Part shown: positions 49,834 through 59,980 of the stretch, piece after piece
Layout: every line of letters starts with the position of its first letter
Position numbering within the stretch: position 1 is the stretch's first letter
NCBI GenBank assembly: GCA_938091495.1
Contig: CALLJF010000017.1
Location: 778-64,777, forward strand
Length of the DNA: 64,000 nucleotides
Direction: 5' to 3'
DNA from: an uncultured Nitrososphaerales archaeon
Lineage (GTDB): Archaea > Thermoproteota > Nitrososphaeria > Nitrososphaerales > JACAEJ01
Notes under the pieces: model-generated
What the model was told of the DNA's origin: nothing
Databases searched by the model: none
Seen by the model: the letters and a program-made list of their open reading frames with translations, nothing else
Program-made: the position numbers and the translations under genes

Positions 49834-50694
49834 GTGAATAAAATGGATGAAAATCTCGATCAGATTGAACAGAAGATTTCTTCATTAATTGCCTATAGAT
49901 CAAGCTTGGTCAACGAGCTAAAGAAGCTAAGCCAAAGAAGGCGCGAGTTAAGAGATGAAATCAAAGGAATCACGAATAAGCTGATAGAAGGGAGGAAAGC
50001 CGTTTCAGAGCAATACTCATTGATGGGACAACTTAGAGATTCCCAAAAATACATTTTATCAAAGATAGGCGAAATAGAAATGAAGGTCAAAGAGATAGAG
50101 AAGGTCTTAAGAAAATTCGAGAAGGAGGTTCCCCACGAGTCTGGAAGAGTTCTTAAGAAAGATCTGGATCATATGGAGTGGAGGCTTCAAACAGAGCGTC
50201 TATCAAGAGAAGAGGAGAAGAGACTAGTAGAATACATAAAAAAGCTCGAAATTAAGCTTCATCTCTGGGAGAAAGCTTACAAGACTAGACAAGAATTGAA
50301 CGAACTTCTGGTCGAGGCGAAATCCCTCAAGGACGAATTGGATGGAATGAGGGAGATAAAGAAATCAGCCATAGCAAAGTTGAGAACTCAAAAAGAGGCT
50401 TTGCATAACATCTTTATAGTTAAGCATCAACTAATGCAAGAAGATAGAGAGATACAACAAGATATAGATGAAATCAAAAAGAATTTAGACAACACAGATG
50501 CTGAATTGTACAAGCTAAAGGAGAACAAGAACAAAATATTACAGAAGAAAAGACTGGACGAGGAAGCTTCCATTAAGGCGAAAGAAAAGAGCTTGCTAGA
50601 AGAGGCTCGATCAAAGGCAAAAGACAGCCTCATAAAAGGAAAGAGCTTGAGCTGGGACGAATTCAAGATTTTATTAGAAGATAGGGATGAATAA
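49834..50694 (+). CDS. archaeal coiled-coil protein (COG1340-like)
   Basis: 286 aa, almost entirely K/E/L heptad-rich. Confidence 0.45.
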   Translation: MNKMDENLDQIEQKISSLIAYRSSLVNELKKLSQRRRELRDEIKGITNKLIEGRKAVSEQYSLMGQLRDSQKYILSKIGEIEMKVKEIEKVLRKFEKEVPHESGRVLKKDLDHMEWRLQTERLSREEEKRLVEYIKKLEIKLHLWEKAYKTRQELNELLVEAKSLKDELDGMREIKKSAIAKLRTQKEALHNIFIVKHQLMQEDREIQQDIDEIKKNLDNTDAELYKLKENKNKILQKKRLDEEASIKAKEKSLLEEARSKAKDSLIKGKSLSWDEFKILLEDRDE

Positions 50695-50731
50695 TTTAAG
50701 TAATACTCATGATCTTTATTAATGCAGAGAG

Positions 50732-51817
50732 TTGGGCGCGGAGCATAAGCCTTCTAGGCTACTTGTACTATGTGTGGATAGAGACGACGATATAGGAGTA
50801 AAAGCAAAGGTCAACACACCCATAATTGGAAGAGATAACTGCATAGAAGCTGCCAAGAAGTTAGCCATCGCTGACCCTGAGGAAGCCGATGCCAATGCCA
50901 TCTTCGCAGCAGCGAAGCTATACGATGAGCTTTTGAGCAAGAAGAACGAATGTGAAGTGGCTATTATAGCTGGATCTTATGAAGGAGGTGTTGTAGCCGA
51001 TCAAAAATTAAGGACTGAGTTGATGAAGGTAATGGGCGAATTCAATGCAAATGGAGTTGTCTTAGTATCAGATGGTTATGAAGATAGAGAGGTTTTACCA
51101 ATATTGATGAATACTGTACCAGTAATATCTATCAGAAGAGTCGTAATAAAGCACAGTGAAAGAGTTGAAGAATCTTACGCCGTTCTTGGTCGATATTTTA
51201 GAATGCTCTTTACAGATCCTAGGTACTCTAAATTTTCTTTAGGAATTCCAGGCTTGCTATTCCTTGCCATTGGCTTGCTTAGCATCTTTAATTTAATTCA
51301 ACTTGCTATTCAAGTTGTTTCGATAGTCCTAGGCATAGTTTTGATCACATGGGGCTTTGACTTGTTCAAATATATCGCATCAGTAAGGCATATGAAGAAA
51401 ATGTCCTCATATATCAGATTCTTTTCTGTAATAGCAACCCTTTTGGTAATATCTGTAGCCTTTTATCAGGGTCTTCACTTCAGCATCGGGAAGGAGACTA
51501 TCCCTCTCTTCCTAAGCTCGTTCATAGAAAGGTCTCTCCCATTGATCTGGGTAGGACTCTCGATATATTTGGGCTACTCTTTGATCTTTCACTTGATAAG
51601 GAAAAGCATTAAGATATGGAGGACAATATTAGCCCTCGTAATACTAGCTTTTCTCTACATACCTCTTCTTGAATTCTCTCAAATTCTGATAAACCCTGGT
51701 AAGAATCCCCTTACTCTCGTATCACAACTATTGCTGGGACTCGGGGCTACTTCGATAGTCGCAATCATAGCTTATCGATACATTCGCTCTCATAAGAAGG
51801 TGGCAGAAGGGGTCTAA
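50732..51817 (+). CDS. DUF373-like membrane protein
   Basis: Soluble N-terminal LLVLCVDRDDDIGVKAKV...ADPEEADANAIF followed by five or six TM helices. Confidence 0.55.
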   Translation: MGAEHKPSRLLVLCVDRDDDIGVKAKVNTPIIGRDNCIEAAKKLAIADPEEADANAIFAAAKLYDELLSKKNECEVAIIAGSYEGGVVADQKLRTELMKVMGEFNANGVVLVSDGYEDREVLPILMNTVPVISIRRVVIKHSERVEESYAVLGRYFRMLFTDPRYSKFSLGIPGLLFLAIGLLSIFNLIQLAIQVVSIVLGIVLITWGFDLFKYIASVRHMKKMSSYIRFFSVIATLLVISVAFYQGLHFSIGKETIPLFLSSFIERSLPLIWVGLSIYLGYSLIFHLIRKSIKIWRTILALVILAFLYIPLLEFSQILINPGKNPLTLVSQLLLGLGATSIVAIIAYRYIRSHKKVAEGV

Positions 51818-51818
51818 A

Positions 51819-52601
51819 TTGCTCGATTCATTGCTGAGAATAGCAGGAGTCTACAAGATTTACGAAAAATACCTGAGCAATCAAATAAGCAAGGCTGAAG
51901 CTCCTAAGCACGTTGGCATAATACTAGATGGGAACAGAAGATGGGCTGAAGCCAACTCTTACCCAAGGTGGATAGGACACTGGTTTGGAGCCAAAAAGGC
52001 TGAGAAATTATTGGAATGGTGCAAAGAACTGGGTATTGAGACTTTGACTTTGTATGTTCTATCAGTAGAGAACCTTCAAAGATCGCCTGAAGAAGTTAAA
52101 GAGATTCTAATTCTTATCGAAGAAAAGCTAAAGGAGTTGATACAAGATGAGCGCATACACAAGTATCATATTCGTGTGAAGGCCTTAGGAAAGATAGAAT
52201 TACTCCCTGATTCGATAAGAGAACTTTTAGCCAAAATAGAAAAAGCCACCGAAGATTATGATGAACATTTTCTTAACATCGCCGTTGCTTACGGTGGGAG
52301 ACTGGAAATAGTTGATGTAGTTAAGAGTATAGCTGAAAAGGTAAAGAATAAAGAGTTAAGTCTATCGGAGATAACCTCTAAGACTGTTGAGGAACATCTC
52401 TACACTTCACATCTTCCATACCCAGAACCTGACTTGATCATAAGGACTTCTGGCGAGGAGAGGCTAAGCGGATTTTTACTTTGGCAGAGTGCCTACTCTG
52501 AGCTTGTTTTCCTTGATGTATTCTGGCCTGACTTTAGAAAGATCGATCTGATGAGAGCAGTAAGGACTTATCAAAGAAGGATTAGAAGGTTTGGCAGATA
52601 A
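51819..52601 (+). CDS. uppS: cis-prenyltransferase / undecaprenyl-diphosphate synthase
   Basis: HVGIILDGNRRWA and IRTSGEERLSGFLLWQSAYSE. Confidence 0.9.
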   Translation: MLDSLLRIAGVYKIYEKYLSNQISKAEAPKHVGIILDGNRRWAEANSYPRWIGHWFGAKKAEKLLEWCKELGIETLTLYVLSVENLQRSPEEVKEILILIEEKLKELIQDERIHKYHIRVKALGKIELLPDSIRELLAKIEKATEDYDEHFLNIAVAYGGRLEIVDVVKSIAEKVKNKELSLSEITSKTVEEHLYTSHLPYPEPDLIIRTSGEERLSGFLLWQSAYSELVFLDVFWPDFRKIDLMRAVRTYQRRIRRFGR

Positions 52602-52609
52602 ATTGATTA

Positions 52610-53602
52610 TTATTCACTCAAAAGTTTCCAAAGTTCATCTATCACGCTTTCTTTTATTATATTCTCTGAACTGTCTTTCTTTATGAGTATTCTTTTGCCT
52701 TTTTTGAAATGTCCTATTTGACTAACTCGAACTCCTATCTTCCTTAGCTCATCAAACACTAAATCGACCCCATAAGGTTCTACAGCCAAAAGCAAGACCC
52801 CAGAGCTTATCAGCTTTAATGGATCTATGCTAAGGGCTTTACAAATCATCTCAGTCTCTAATGCTACTGGTATGGCATTTTCATAAACTAGAAATCCTAG
52901 CTTTGATGCTATACTCATCTCATAAATCCCTCCTAAAACTCCTCCCTCTGTTGCATCATGCATAGCATGAACAAAACCAGTATTGAAGGCCTTTAATGCT
53001 TCCTTTACTACACTTATCCTTCCCATCATCTTTAAAGCCCTCATAATTACTTTATCTCCTAATTTTGATAATCTCTCTTTGAAAACATCTGCTAGTATAG
53101 ACGTTCCTTCTAATCCTGCTGTCTTTGTCATCAGTATAGCATCGTTCTCTTTTGCATCTGCTGCTGTAACATACCTTTTTGCTAGGCCAAAGGCTGTAGT
53201 TATGACTATTTTACGTTCTAATTTTGGGGTAAGTTCTGCATGCCCCCCAATTATGGATATTCCTAAAGCTTTTGCTGCTCTATGGATCTGCTTAGATATG
53301 CTTATCGCATCTTCAGCCTTGCTCTCTTGAGGTAAAAGTATAACAGATTCTAGATACATGGGTTTTGAGCCACTCGTGGCAACATCGTTAGCACTAACAT
53401 TCACAGCATACCATCCTACTTCTTTTTCTGCTCCTGTAACTGGGTCAGAGGATACTATCATATATCCTTCATCAAGCTTTACCACAGCGAAATCTATACC
53501 AAACTTTGGACCTTGAACAACATTCTTCGATTTTTCTCCAGTTAATTTCAGAATATATTTTTCAAGAATCTCTTTCGGAATCTTACCTAAGGGTAGACTC
53601 AA
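52610..53602 (-). CDS. AIR-synthase-related (PurM/HypE/ThiL superfamily) protein
   Basis: DFAVVKLDEGYMIVSSDPVTG...NDVATSG in the N domain and MHDATEGGV in the C domain. Confidence 0.7.
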   Translation of the reverse strand: MSLPLGKIPKEILEKYILKLTGEKSKNVVQGPKFGIDFAVVKLDEGYMIVSSDPVTGAEKEVGWYAVNVSANDVATSGSKPMYLESVILLPQESKAEDAISISKQIHRAAKALGISIIGGHAELTPKLERKIVITTAFGLAKRYVTAADAKENDAILMTKTAGLEGTSILADVFKERLSKLGDKVIMRALKMMGRISVVKEALKAFNTGFVHAMHDATEGGVLGGIYEMSIASKLGFLVYENAIPVALETEMICKALSIDPLKLISSGVLLLAVEPYGVDLVFDELRKIGVRVSQIGHFKKGKRILIKKDSSENIIKESVIDELWKLLSE

Positions 53603-53679
53603 CTATGCTCAATAATAAAATCAAGGGATAACTATAAACGATTATATCAATAATCTTTACATTTGATAAAGGTGATCGT

Positions 53680-53934
53680 ATGCTAATCGCTGCCATATTA
53701 AAAGCAGGAATAGGTAAGTCTGATGCTTTATCAGGTTTGATAAAGAGGCTAATATTTTCAGATGTAGAGCCAGGAATTGAAATCGTATCTGCATATATGC
53801 TCATAGGCTCCTATGATGCTGTGATAATACTGTCGGCAATAGATGAAGAGGCTGCTAGACACTTTATATCAAAAGTTGAGAATGTATTGGGCTCAAGAGC
53901 TTTAATTCATTTTGCTTCTCCTATCAAGCCATGA
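53680..53934 (+). CDS. GYD-like small alpha/beta protein
   Basis: 84 aa. YMLIGSYDAVIILSAIDEEAA resembles the GYD motif context. Confidence 0.4.
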   Translation: MLIAAILKAGIGKSDALSGLIKRLIFSDVEPGIEIVSAYMLIGSYDAVIILSAIDEEAARHFISKVENVLGSRALIHFASPIKP

Positions 53935-53937
53935 TTC

Positions 53938-54954
53938 TTAATAACTTCTTCTATCAATAGTATCGAAGACTTCTGGTCCAGTGCTGATTATCGATAAAGG
54001 CACTTTTAATGAATTCTCGATATCTTCGATGAACTTCTTGGCATCTTTTGGCAAGGCTTCAAAGCTAGTTTTACCTCTAGCATCAGGGAAGATTACATCC
54101 AATTTTGTCAAAGCTATCTGAGTTGCACTGTTCAGCATAACAGCCCTCTTTGCCAGTTCGAAGTTAAAAGGGGCTGATCTCCTTACTCTACCAGTAACAG
54201 TGGCTACTTCTCTCCATCCTCTCTTAATCGTCTCTTCTTCGCTGAGTTCTCCAGGTAAAAATCCTTCTCCAACTCTTGTAACATAGGATTTAAATACAAT
54301 TAGAACATCTCCTACCTTCTTAGGTCCTATTCCAATGTCTGAGCAGATGGCAGATGCAGTCACATCCTTAGATGTAACATAAGGATAAGTTCCATGGTAA
54401 AGAGATAGAAAAGTGCCCTGAGTTCCTTCAAGTATTATTGATGCTCCATCATCTATCAATTTATTCACTTCAAAAGCCACATCTCCAACATAATCCTTCA
54501 AAGAATCGATATCCTTAGCCATCTTTGCTATCCTTAAAACTCTGTCAGAATTTGCTGGACCAGTTCCAGAGCCTGTAGTGCCAATTCTTTCCTTCAAATA
54601 GCCTCCTCTGTCACGCTCTATGTGAGTATTCTCTATTATTGCACATTGTGAATCTATTAAAACTCTTGATCCAGCATTGAAGGTCTTTATCTCATCTAAT
54701 AATACATCAGGATTTACCAATACCCCTGCTCCTATCATCAACTTTGTTTGCTTGTTCAATATCGCACTTGGAAGCATTCTGAGCTTGTAAGATTTTCCTT
54801 CATAAACTACTGTATGACCAGCGTTTGGACCGACTCCCCCTCTAACTGTTGCAGAAGGATTGTCCTTCATTGCCAAGTAAGAGATTATCTTGCCCTTTCC
54901 TTCATCACCGAAGAAGCCACCAACTATTACCATTGCAGGCATCTTTATCGCCAT
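53938..54954 (-). CDS. purA: adenylosuccinate synthetase (short archaeal type)
   Basis: GGFFGDEGKGK P-loop, GPNAGHT and GTTGSGTGP. Confidence 0.9.
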   Translation of the reverse strand: MAIKMPAMVIVGGFFGDEGKGKIISYLAMKDNPSATVRGGVGPNAGHTVVYEGKSYKLRMLPSAILNKQTKLMIGAGVLVNPDVLLDEIKTFNAGSRVLIDSQCAIIENTHIERDRGGYLKERIGTTGSGTGPANSDRVLRIAKMAKDIDSLKDYVGDVAFEVNKLIDDGASIILEGTQGTFLSLYHGTYPYVTSKDVTASAICSDIGIGPKKVGDVLIVFKSYVTRVGEGFLPGELSEEETIKRGWREVATVTGRVRRSAPFNFELAKRAVMLNSATQIALTKLDVIFPDARGKTSFEALPKDAKKFIEDIENSLKVPLSIISTGPEVFDTIDRRSY

Positions 54955-55086
54955 CGCTTTTGATTTGCTGGTAATTAAAGGTAAAATAGAAAGTTAAATA
55001 ATTAAAGATAAATAGCAAACTCTAGTTTTCATAATGCAAAGGTTATTTTCAAGTATTAATCTGATGATCATAGGGGTGATAAATCT

Positions 55087-56871
55087 TTGGAGGCTAGGAT
55101 AAGGCAGCCAGTAGTTGTAGTACTGGGTCATGTAGACTCTGGCAAGACATCGTTATTGGACAAAATAAGGGGAACAGCGGTTCAAGCAAGAGAAGTTGGA
55201 GGAATGACTCAGCATATTGGAGCAAGTTTCTTCCCTATGGACACTCTGAAGCATATCTGTGGTCCACTATTATCTTCAATAAAAGGCGAAGTTAAAGTTC
55301 CAGGCTTATTAGTTATAGATACACCTGGTCATGAAATATTTGCCAACTTAAGAGCCAGAGGAGGCTCTGCTTCAGATATTGCTATACTTGTTGTAGATGC
55401 CATTCGTGGTTTTGAAGTTCAAACTTATGAAAGTATTGAGATACTGAAGAGCAGAAAAGTTCCTTTCGTTATCGCTTTAAATAAAATAGATTTGATACCA
55501 GGATGGAGGTCAGGACCTTCTCAACGCCTTACAGACTCTTTGAAAATTCAAGATAAATCAGTAATTGACAAACTTGATGAATCCATCTATTTTGTTGTTG
55601 GAACTTTATCAAAATTAGGTTTTAGATCAGAGGCTTTCTACAGAGTAAAGGATTTTGCTAAAGAAGTTGCCATAGTACCTGTAAGTGCAAAGACTGGAGA
55701 AGGAATCCCTGAATTGCTAACAGTCTTGATAGGGTTGACTCAGCAGTATTTGAAGAGCAGATTAGCAGTAACTTCAGAACTGGCAAGGGGAATAATACTT
55801 GAAGTGAAGGAAGAGGTAGGTCTAGGTCATACTGCAAATTTGATCCTTCTTGATGGAGAGCTTAAGATAGGAGACAATATCATATTAAGTAAGAGAGACG
55901 GAGCCATTTTATCTAGAGTTAAGGCTATGTTCATGCCGAAGCCTTTAGATGAAATGAGAGACCCTAGAGATAGATTTACATCTATTGATAAAGTCATAGC
56001 ATCTGCTGGTGTGAAGATAGTTACACCTGATCTTGAAGGAGTATTGGCTGGCTCTCCTATGCTTGAGGTCAAAAATTTAGAGCAAGTTGATGAAATGAAG
56101 AAAAGAGTTGAAAGTGAAGTTAGAAGTGTCCTCATCAGCACAGACAAAGTTGGTGTTGTAGTAAAAGCAGACACCCTAGGCACTCTTGAAGCCCTCGTTG
56201 ATATGCTGAAGAGAAGAGAAGTTCCAATAAGAATAGCAGACATAGGTCCTGTAACGAGAAGAGATGTTGTTGAAGCAAGCACTGTAAAGAGTATCAATCC
56301 ATACTATGGCGTGATAATGACCTTTGGAGTAAAGTTGCTACCAGATGCTGAAGAAGAAGCTATATCGAGAGGGATAAAGGTCTTCACAGACCCTATCGTC
56401 TACAACCTAATTCAGAATTACATTGACTGGGCTACTTCTGAGAAAGAAAAGGCTGAGAGGAAAGATTTTGAAGCCATTACCCCCCCATGTAAGATAAAGG
56501 TTTTGAGAGGCTTTGTATTTAGAAGAAGCGACCCAGCTATTTTTGGTGTAGAGGTTTTATCAGGAAGACTTAGGCATAAGGCTACTTTGATGAACGATCA
56601 AGGAAAGACTATTGGTGCAATAGAGCAGATACAGGATAAAAAGGAAAAGATCAATGAAGCGCCCATTAACTCTCAGGTTGCCATTTCTATCCAAGGACCA
56701 ATATTTGGGAGGCATATAAATGAAGAAGATATTCTTTACACACTACCAAAGGAAGAAGATGTCAAGCTTTTATTGAGTAAATTTAAAGATAGGCTTACTG
56801 ATGACGAGATAAAAACGTTAAACGAAATAATAGAAATCAAAAGAAAAGCATCGCCTCTTTGGGCATATTGA
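55087..56871 (+). CDS. infB: translation initiation factor aIF5B (IF2-type GTPase)
   Basis: GHVDSGKTSLLD, DTPGHE and NKID. 594 aa. TTG start. Confidence 0.95.
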   Translation: MEARIRQPVVVVLGHVDSGKTSLLDKIRGTAVQAREVGGMTQHIGASFFPMDTLKHICGPLLSSIKGEVKVPGLLVIDTPGHEIFANLRARGGSASDIAILVVDAIRGFEVQTYESIEILKSRKVPFVIALNKIDLIPGWRSGPSQRLTDSLKIQDKSVIDKLDESIYFVVGTLSKLGFRSEAFYRVKDFAKEVAIVPVSAKTGEGIPELLTVLIGLTQQYLKSRLAVTSELARGIILEVKEEVGLGHTANLILLDGELKIGDNIILSKRDGAILSRVKAMFMPKPLDEMRDPRDRFTSIDKVIASAGVKIVTPDLEGVLAGSPMLEVKNLEQVDEMKKRVESEVRSVLISTDKVGVVVKADTLGTLEALVDMLKRREVPIRIADIGPVTRRDVVEASTVKSINPYYGVIMTFGVKLLPDAEEEAISRGIKVFTDPIVYNLIQNYIDWATSEKEKAERKDFEAITPPCKIKVLRGFVFRRSDPAIFGVEVLSGRLRHKATLMNDQGKTIGAIEQIQDKKEKINEAPINSQVAISIQGPIFGRHINEEDILYTLPKEEDVKLLLSKFKDRLTDDEIKTLNEIIEIKRKASPLWAY

Positions 56872-56902
56872 TAAATATTTATTCTACTAAAAAGAAGGGT
56901 TT

Positions 56903-57292
56903 TTGGTTAGCTTGCCCACTTTTAAATTGATCGTTTCAGATGAAGAAACTGGTAAATCTGGTGTTTATGAGCTTAAGGATCCTCAAAGTCGTGCCCTTGT
57001 TGGGCTAAAAATAGGGGATGAAATCGACGCTTCAGTCTTAGGGATAAAAGGTAAGATAAAGATCACAGGAGGGAGTGATAGGGCTGGCTTTCCTATGAGA
57101 AGTGATGTAATGGGGGGAGTGAAAAAATACGTCCTTTTAAGCAAGGGCGTTGGCTTTAAGCCAAAAAGCAAGGGAGAGAGGAGAAGAAAGCTCGTAAGGG
57201 GTAATACTATAACCGAAGATATTTATCAGGTAAACGCTGTAATGGTTAAAGAAAAAGGAAAAGAAGTTGCCAAAGATACCACAACAGTCTGA
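56903..57292 (+). CDS. rps6e: ribosomal protein S6e
   Basis: GGSDRAGFPMR and RRRKLVRGNTI motifs. Confidence 0.9.
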   Translation: MVSLPTFKLIVSDEETGKSGVYELKDPQSRALVGLKIGDEIDASVLGIKGKIKITGGSDRAGFPMRSDVMGGVKKYVLLSKGVGFKPKSKGERRRKLVRGNTITEDIYQVNAVMVKEKGKEVAKDTTTV

Positions 57293-58496
57293 AGTTAATA
57301 TTGGGACAGCAGGTCATGTAGACCATGGTAAGACAACATTAGTGGAAGCTATAACTGGAATATGGGCTAGTGCTCATAGTGAAGAATTAAAACGTGGAAT
57401 TACTATAAAGGTAGGCTATGCCGATGCTGCCTTTTACAAATGCCCTAATTGCTTACCACCTATGAACTACTCTACTTCGCCTAAATGCCCTAATTGTGGC
57501 TCTCAGACAGAGCTTCTTAGAGTCGTGAGCTTTGTAGATTGCCCAGGTCATGAGGCTCTAATGACTAATATGCTCTCAGGAGCTGCAGTGATGGATGGAG
57601 CGATACTCGTTATAGCTGCCAATGAGAAGGTTCCTCAGCCTCAGACAAGAGAGCATTTATTAGCATTACAGATGCTGGGCTTAAGACATATAGTTATCGC
57701 TCAAAACAAAGTAGACCTAGTATCATCTGAAGAAGCATTATCAAATTATGAGAAGATAAAGTCCTTCATAGCAGACACTACAGTAAAAGATGCTCCAATA
57801 ATACCCGTCTCAGCCCAGCATAAGCTCAACATAGATGCCATGATAGAAGCCATAGAGAAATACATTCCAACACCTAAAAGAAATCCAGATGCATTGCCAT
57901 TAATGCATGTCTTAAGGTCCTTCGATATAAACAGACCAGGAGCATCCATAGACGAATTGAAAGGAGGGGTTGTAGGAGGCACTTTACTTCAAGGCGAAAT
58001 AAAGTTAGATGATGAGATTGAACTAAGACCTGGAATACTTAATGAAAGAACATCAAAGTATGAGCCCATCTTCACCTCAGTTGCAAGCTTAGGAACTAGT
58101 GCAGGCTTGGTCGATAAAGTAAAGCCTGGTGGGCTAATAGCTGTTGGAACAAAACTCGATCCATACATGACGAAAGGGGACGCTCTTGTAGGTCAAGTAT
58201 TGGGCAAGCCTGAATCTCTTCCACCTATACATGAGGAAATATCACTTAGCGTTGCACTCTTTGAGGTTGCTGTTGGTGCCCCAGAGCTGATAAAGGTGGA
58301 GAGGATAAAAATGAACGAATCCCTTAGGCTGAACGTAGGCACAGCAGTAACTCTAGGAACTGTATCGTCCATAAAGGGAGATAGAATAAGTATTAAACTG
58401 AAGAGACCTATTTGTGCATCTATTAAGAGCAGAGTCGCTATAAGCCGAAGGATAGTAGATAGATGGCGCTTGATAGGATTGGGAATAATAGAGTAG
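57267..58496 (+). CDS. eif2g: translation initiation factor aIF2 gamma subunit
   Basis: GHVDHGKTT, zinc knuckle CPNC...CPNC, DCPGHE and NKVD. Overlaps the rps6e end by 26 nt. Confidence 0.95.
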   Translation: MPKIPQQSEVNIGTAGHVDHGKTTLVEAITGIWASAHSEELKRGITIKVGYADAAFYKCPNCLPPMNYSTSPKCPNCGSQTELLRVVSFVDCPGHEALMTNMLSGAAVMDGAILVIAANEKVPQPQTREHLLALQMLGLRHIVIAQNKVDLVSSEEALSNYEKIKSFIADTTVKDAPIIPVSAQHKLNIDAMIEAIEKYIPTPKRNPDALPLMHVLRSFDINRPGASIDELKGGVVGGTLLQGEIKLDDEIELRPGILNERTSKYEPIFTSVASLGTSAGLVDKVKPGGLIAVGTKLDPYMTKGDALVGQVLGKPESLPPIHEEISLSVALFEVAVGAPELIKVERIKMNESLRLNVGTAVTLGTVSSIKGDRISIKLKRPICASIKSRVAISRRIVDRWRLIGLGIIE

Positions 58497-58504
58497 TATC
58501 ATAA

Positions 58505-58891
58505 ATGAAAAGAGTACTGTTGGATGCTAGCTTTATCCTCACACTTGCTAGCAAGCCTTTAAAATTCATTGAAGAGTTAGAAGAGATGCTCGGTAAGGTT
58601 GAGCTATCGGTTTTAGAAGATACAGTAAAGGAGCTTGAAGCCATAAGTAAAAGGCCATCTGTAAAGAAGGCAAAACAAGCAAAACTGGCTTTGGATTTTG
58701 TAATGAAACTGAAACAAATCACTTATGCTCATGAGGGCTCTGTCGATGATAAAATATTGAGATATGCTAAAGAGAATGAATTTATTGTGGCTACTATGGA
58801 TAGAGAATTGAGAAAGAGACTAAGGAAAATAAGATTATCTGTCATTACTTTAAGTGGGAATAGGTTGATGATAAATGGCGTTAGAATTTAA
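58505..58891 (+). CDS. PIN-domain protein (Fcf1/COG1412-like)
   Basis: 128 aa. Acidic PIN residues (LLDASF..., SVDDKIL, ATMDREL) and the conserved position after aIF2-gamma. Confidence 0.7.
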   Translation: MKRVLLDASFILTLASKPLKFIEELEEMLGKVELSVLEDTVKELEAISKRPSVKKAKQAKLALDFVMKLKQITYAHEGSVDDKILRYAKENEFIVATMDRELRKRLRKIRLSVITLSGNRLMINGVRI

Positions 58892-59609
58892 ATTCATTAT
58901 ACTGATTTTCACAAGGATTTCCAATAATGTATAGAATTTTAGGCTGAAGATCGTTTTCCAGATGAAAGATCACGCTGGATAAGGTTAAAGTGTCAAAGCC
59001 TCCATGCCTACATATAGAATCTCTCTCACCATGGTGTTTTGCAATCCTAAAAATATCACCTATGGTCAATTCTCTCTCTTGCATGTAAGATTGAATGTAG
59101 TTCTCTCTTCTTAGAGAATTTTCGATGACTCTTTCATGAAGGTCTTTCTCTGGCTTAAAATCTATATGATGAAACCTATTTGTAATTATTGCACTATTAG
59201 CCTTTGATATGTATAACTTTCCATCAAAATTCTCTATCCTGAAGATTCTCTCTAAATCTCCCAATACATAATTGGCTGAACTATAAAGCCCTGATCTTAA
59301 CTTATCTTTGATCATTTTGATGGCATCATCAAGGTCTTTTGAACCTAAGAGAACTTCTTTCAGTAATACGCCCCTTGACATAGGGCCTTTGAATCCTGGC
59401 ACATTGGCTATTCCTCCAAAGATTTTGGTTTTTAAAGAATAGCCACAAACGATCCCCTTCAATCTGTAATCGAACAAGGCTACAACTTTGTTCTCATCAA
59501 TTAGCCTAACGTCTTCTCCCAGATAGACTGCATCGACCTTATCATGATTCTCTAAAAACAGTAATCTATCTTTGCTATTTGGTCTTAATACTGCAACTAT
59601 TGTACACAT
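58881..59609 (-). CDS. NRDE/TANGO2-like (putative Ntn-hydrolase fold) protein
   Basis: Starts MCT (Cys2 as a candidate nucleophile), then LENHD (compare NRDE), SRG and YSSANYVLGD. The assignment is from memory of the family pattern. Confidence 0.45.
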   Translation of the reverse strand: MCTIVAVLRPNSKDRLLFLENHDKVDAVYLGEDVRLIDENKVVALFDYRLKGIVCGYSLKTKIFGGIANVPGFKGPMSRGVLLKEVLLGSKDLDDAIKMIKDKLRSGLYSSANYVLGDLERIFRIENFDGKLYISKANSAIITNRFHHIDFKPEKDLHERVIENSLRRENYIQSYMQERELTIGDIFRIAKHHGERDSICRHGGFDTLTLSSVIFHLENDLQPKILYIIGNPCENQYNEFKF

Positions 59610-59741
59610 AGTTTAATCCACATTATTTGATGAGAATCTTACAAAAAATCTTATCGAAACTCACTATGAGTATAAAAACCAATAAATTTGTAAATTTAAC
59701 CGATCTTTATTTAAACAAGAAGTATGAGGAAGAGTTAAAAT

Positions 59742-59846
59742 CTAGACTTCTTCGTATTCTTCTTCCCAGCCCTCTTCGTATTCTTCTTCCTCATATTCTT
59801 CCTCGTACTCTTCCTCTTCTTCATATTCTTCTGACAATAAAATCAC
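59742..59846 (-). CDS. 34-codon acidic EEY-repeat micro-ORF (speculative)
   Basis: My translation from GTG at 59844-59846: (M)ILLSEEYEEEEEYEEEYEEEEYEEGWEEEYEEV*. TTATATA lies about 35 nt upstream on the same strand. Confidence 0.25.
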   Translation of the reverse strand: MILLSEEYEEEEEYEEEYEEEEYEEGWEEEYEEV

Positions 59847-59980
59847 CCCAATGCACCTATAGTCCGAGGTGGATGAATATATAAGATTTACCTAATTCAC
59901 TGTTAGTTTTAATGCTAATTTCGAGAAATGAAAACCTTAAAGAAAGTGTAAATATTTTTATTTAATGAAATTATTGAACT

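Noticed and set aside
55827-56297. 156-aa minus-strand ORF.
   Set aside because: It is antisense to aIF5B and is a Ser/Thr/Leu-rich shadow ORF.
59627-59884. 85-aa plus-strand ORF.
   Set aside because: Its product is a Leu/Pro/Arg low-complexity read-out of the pyrimidine tract. The minus-strand acidic micro-ORF, or a non-coding status, is more plausible.
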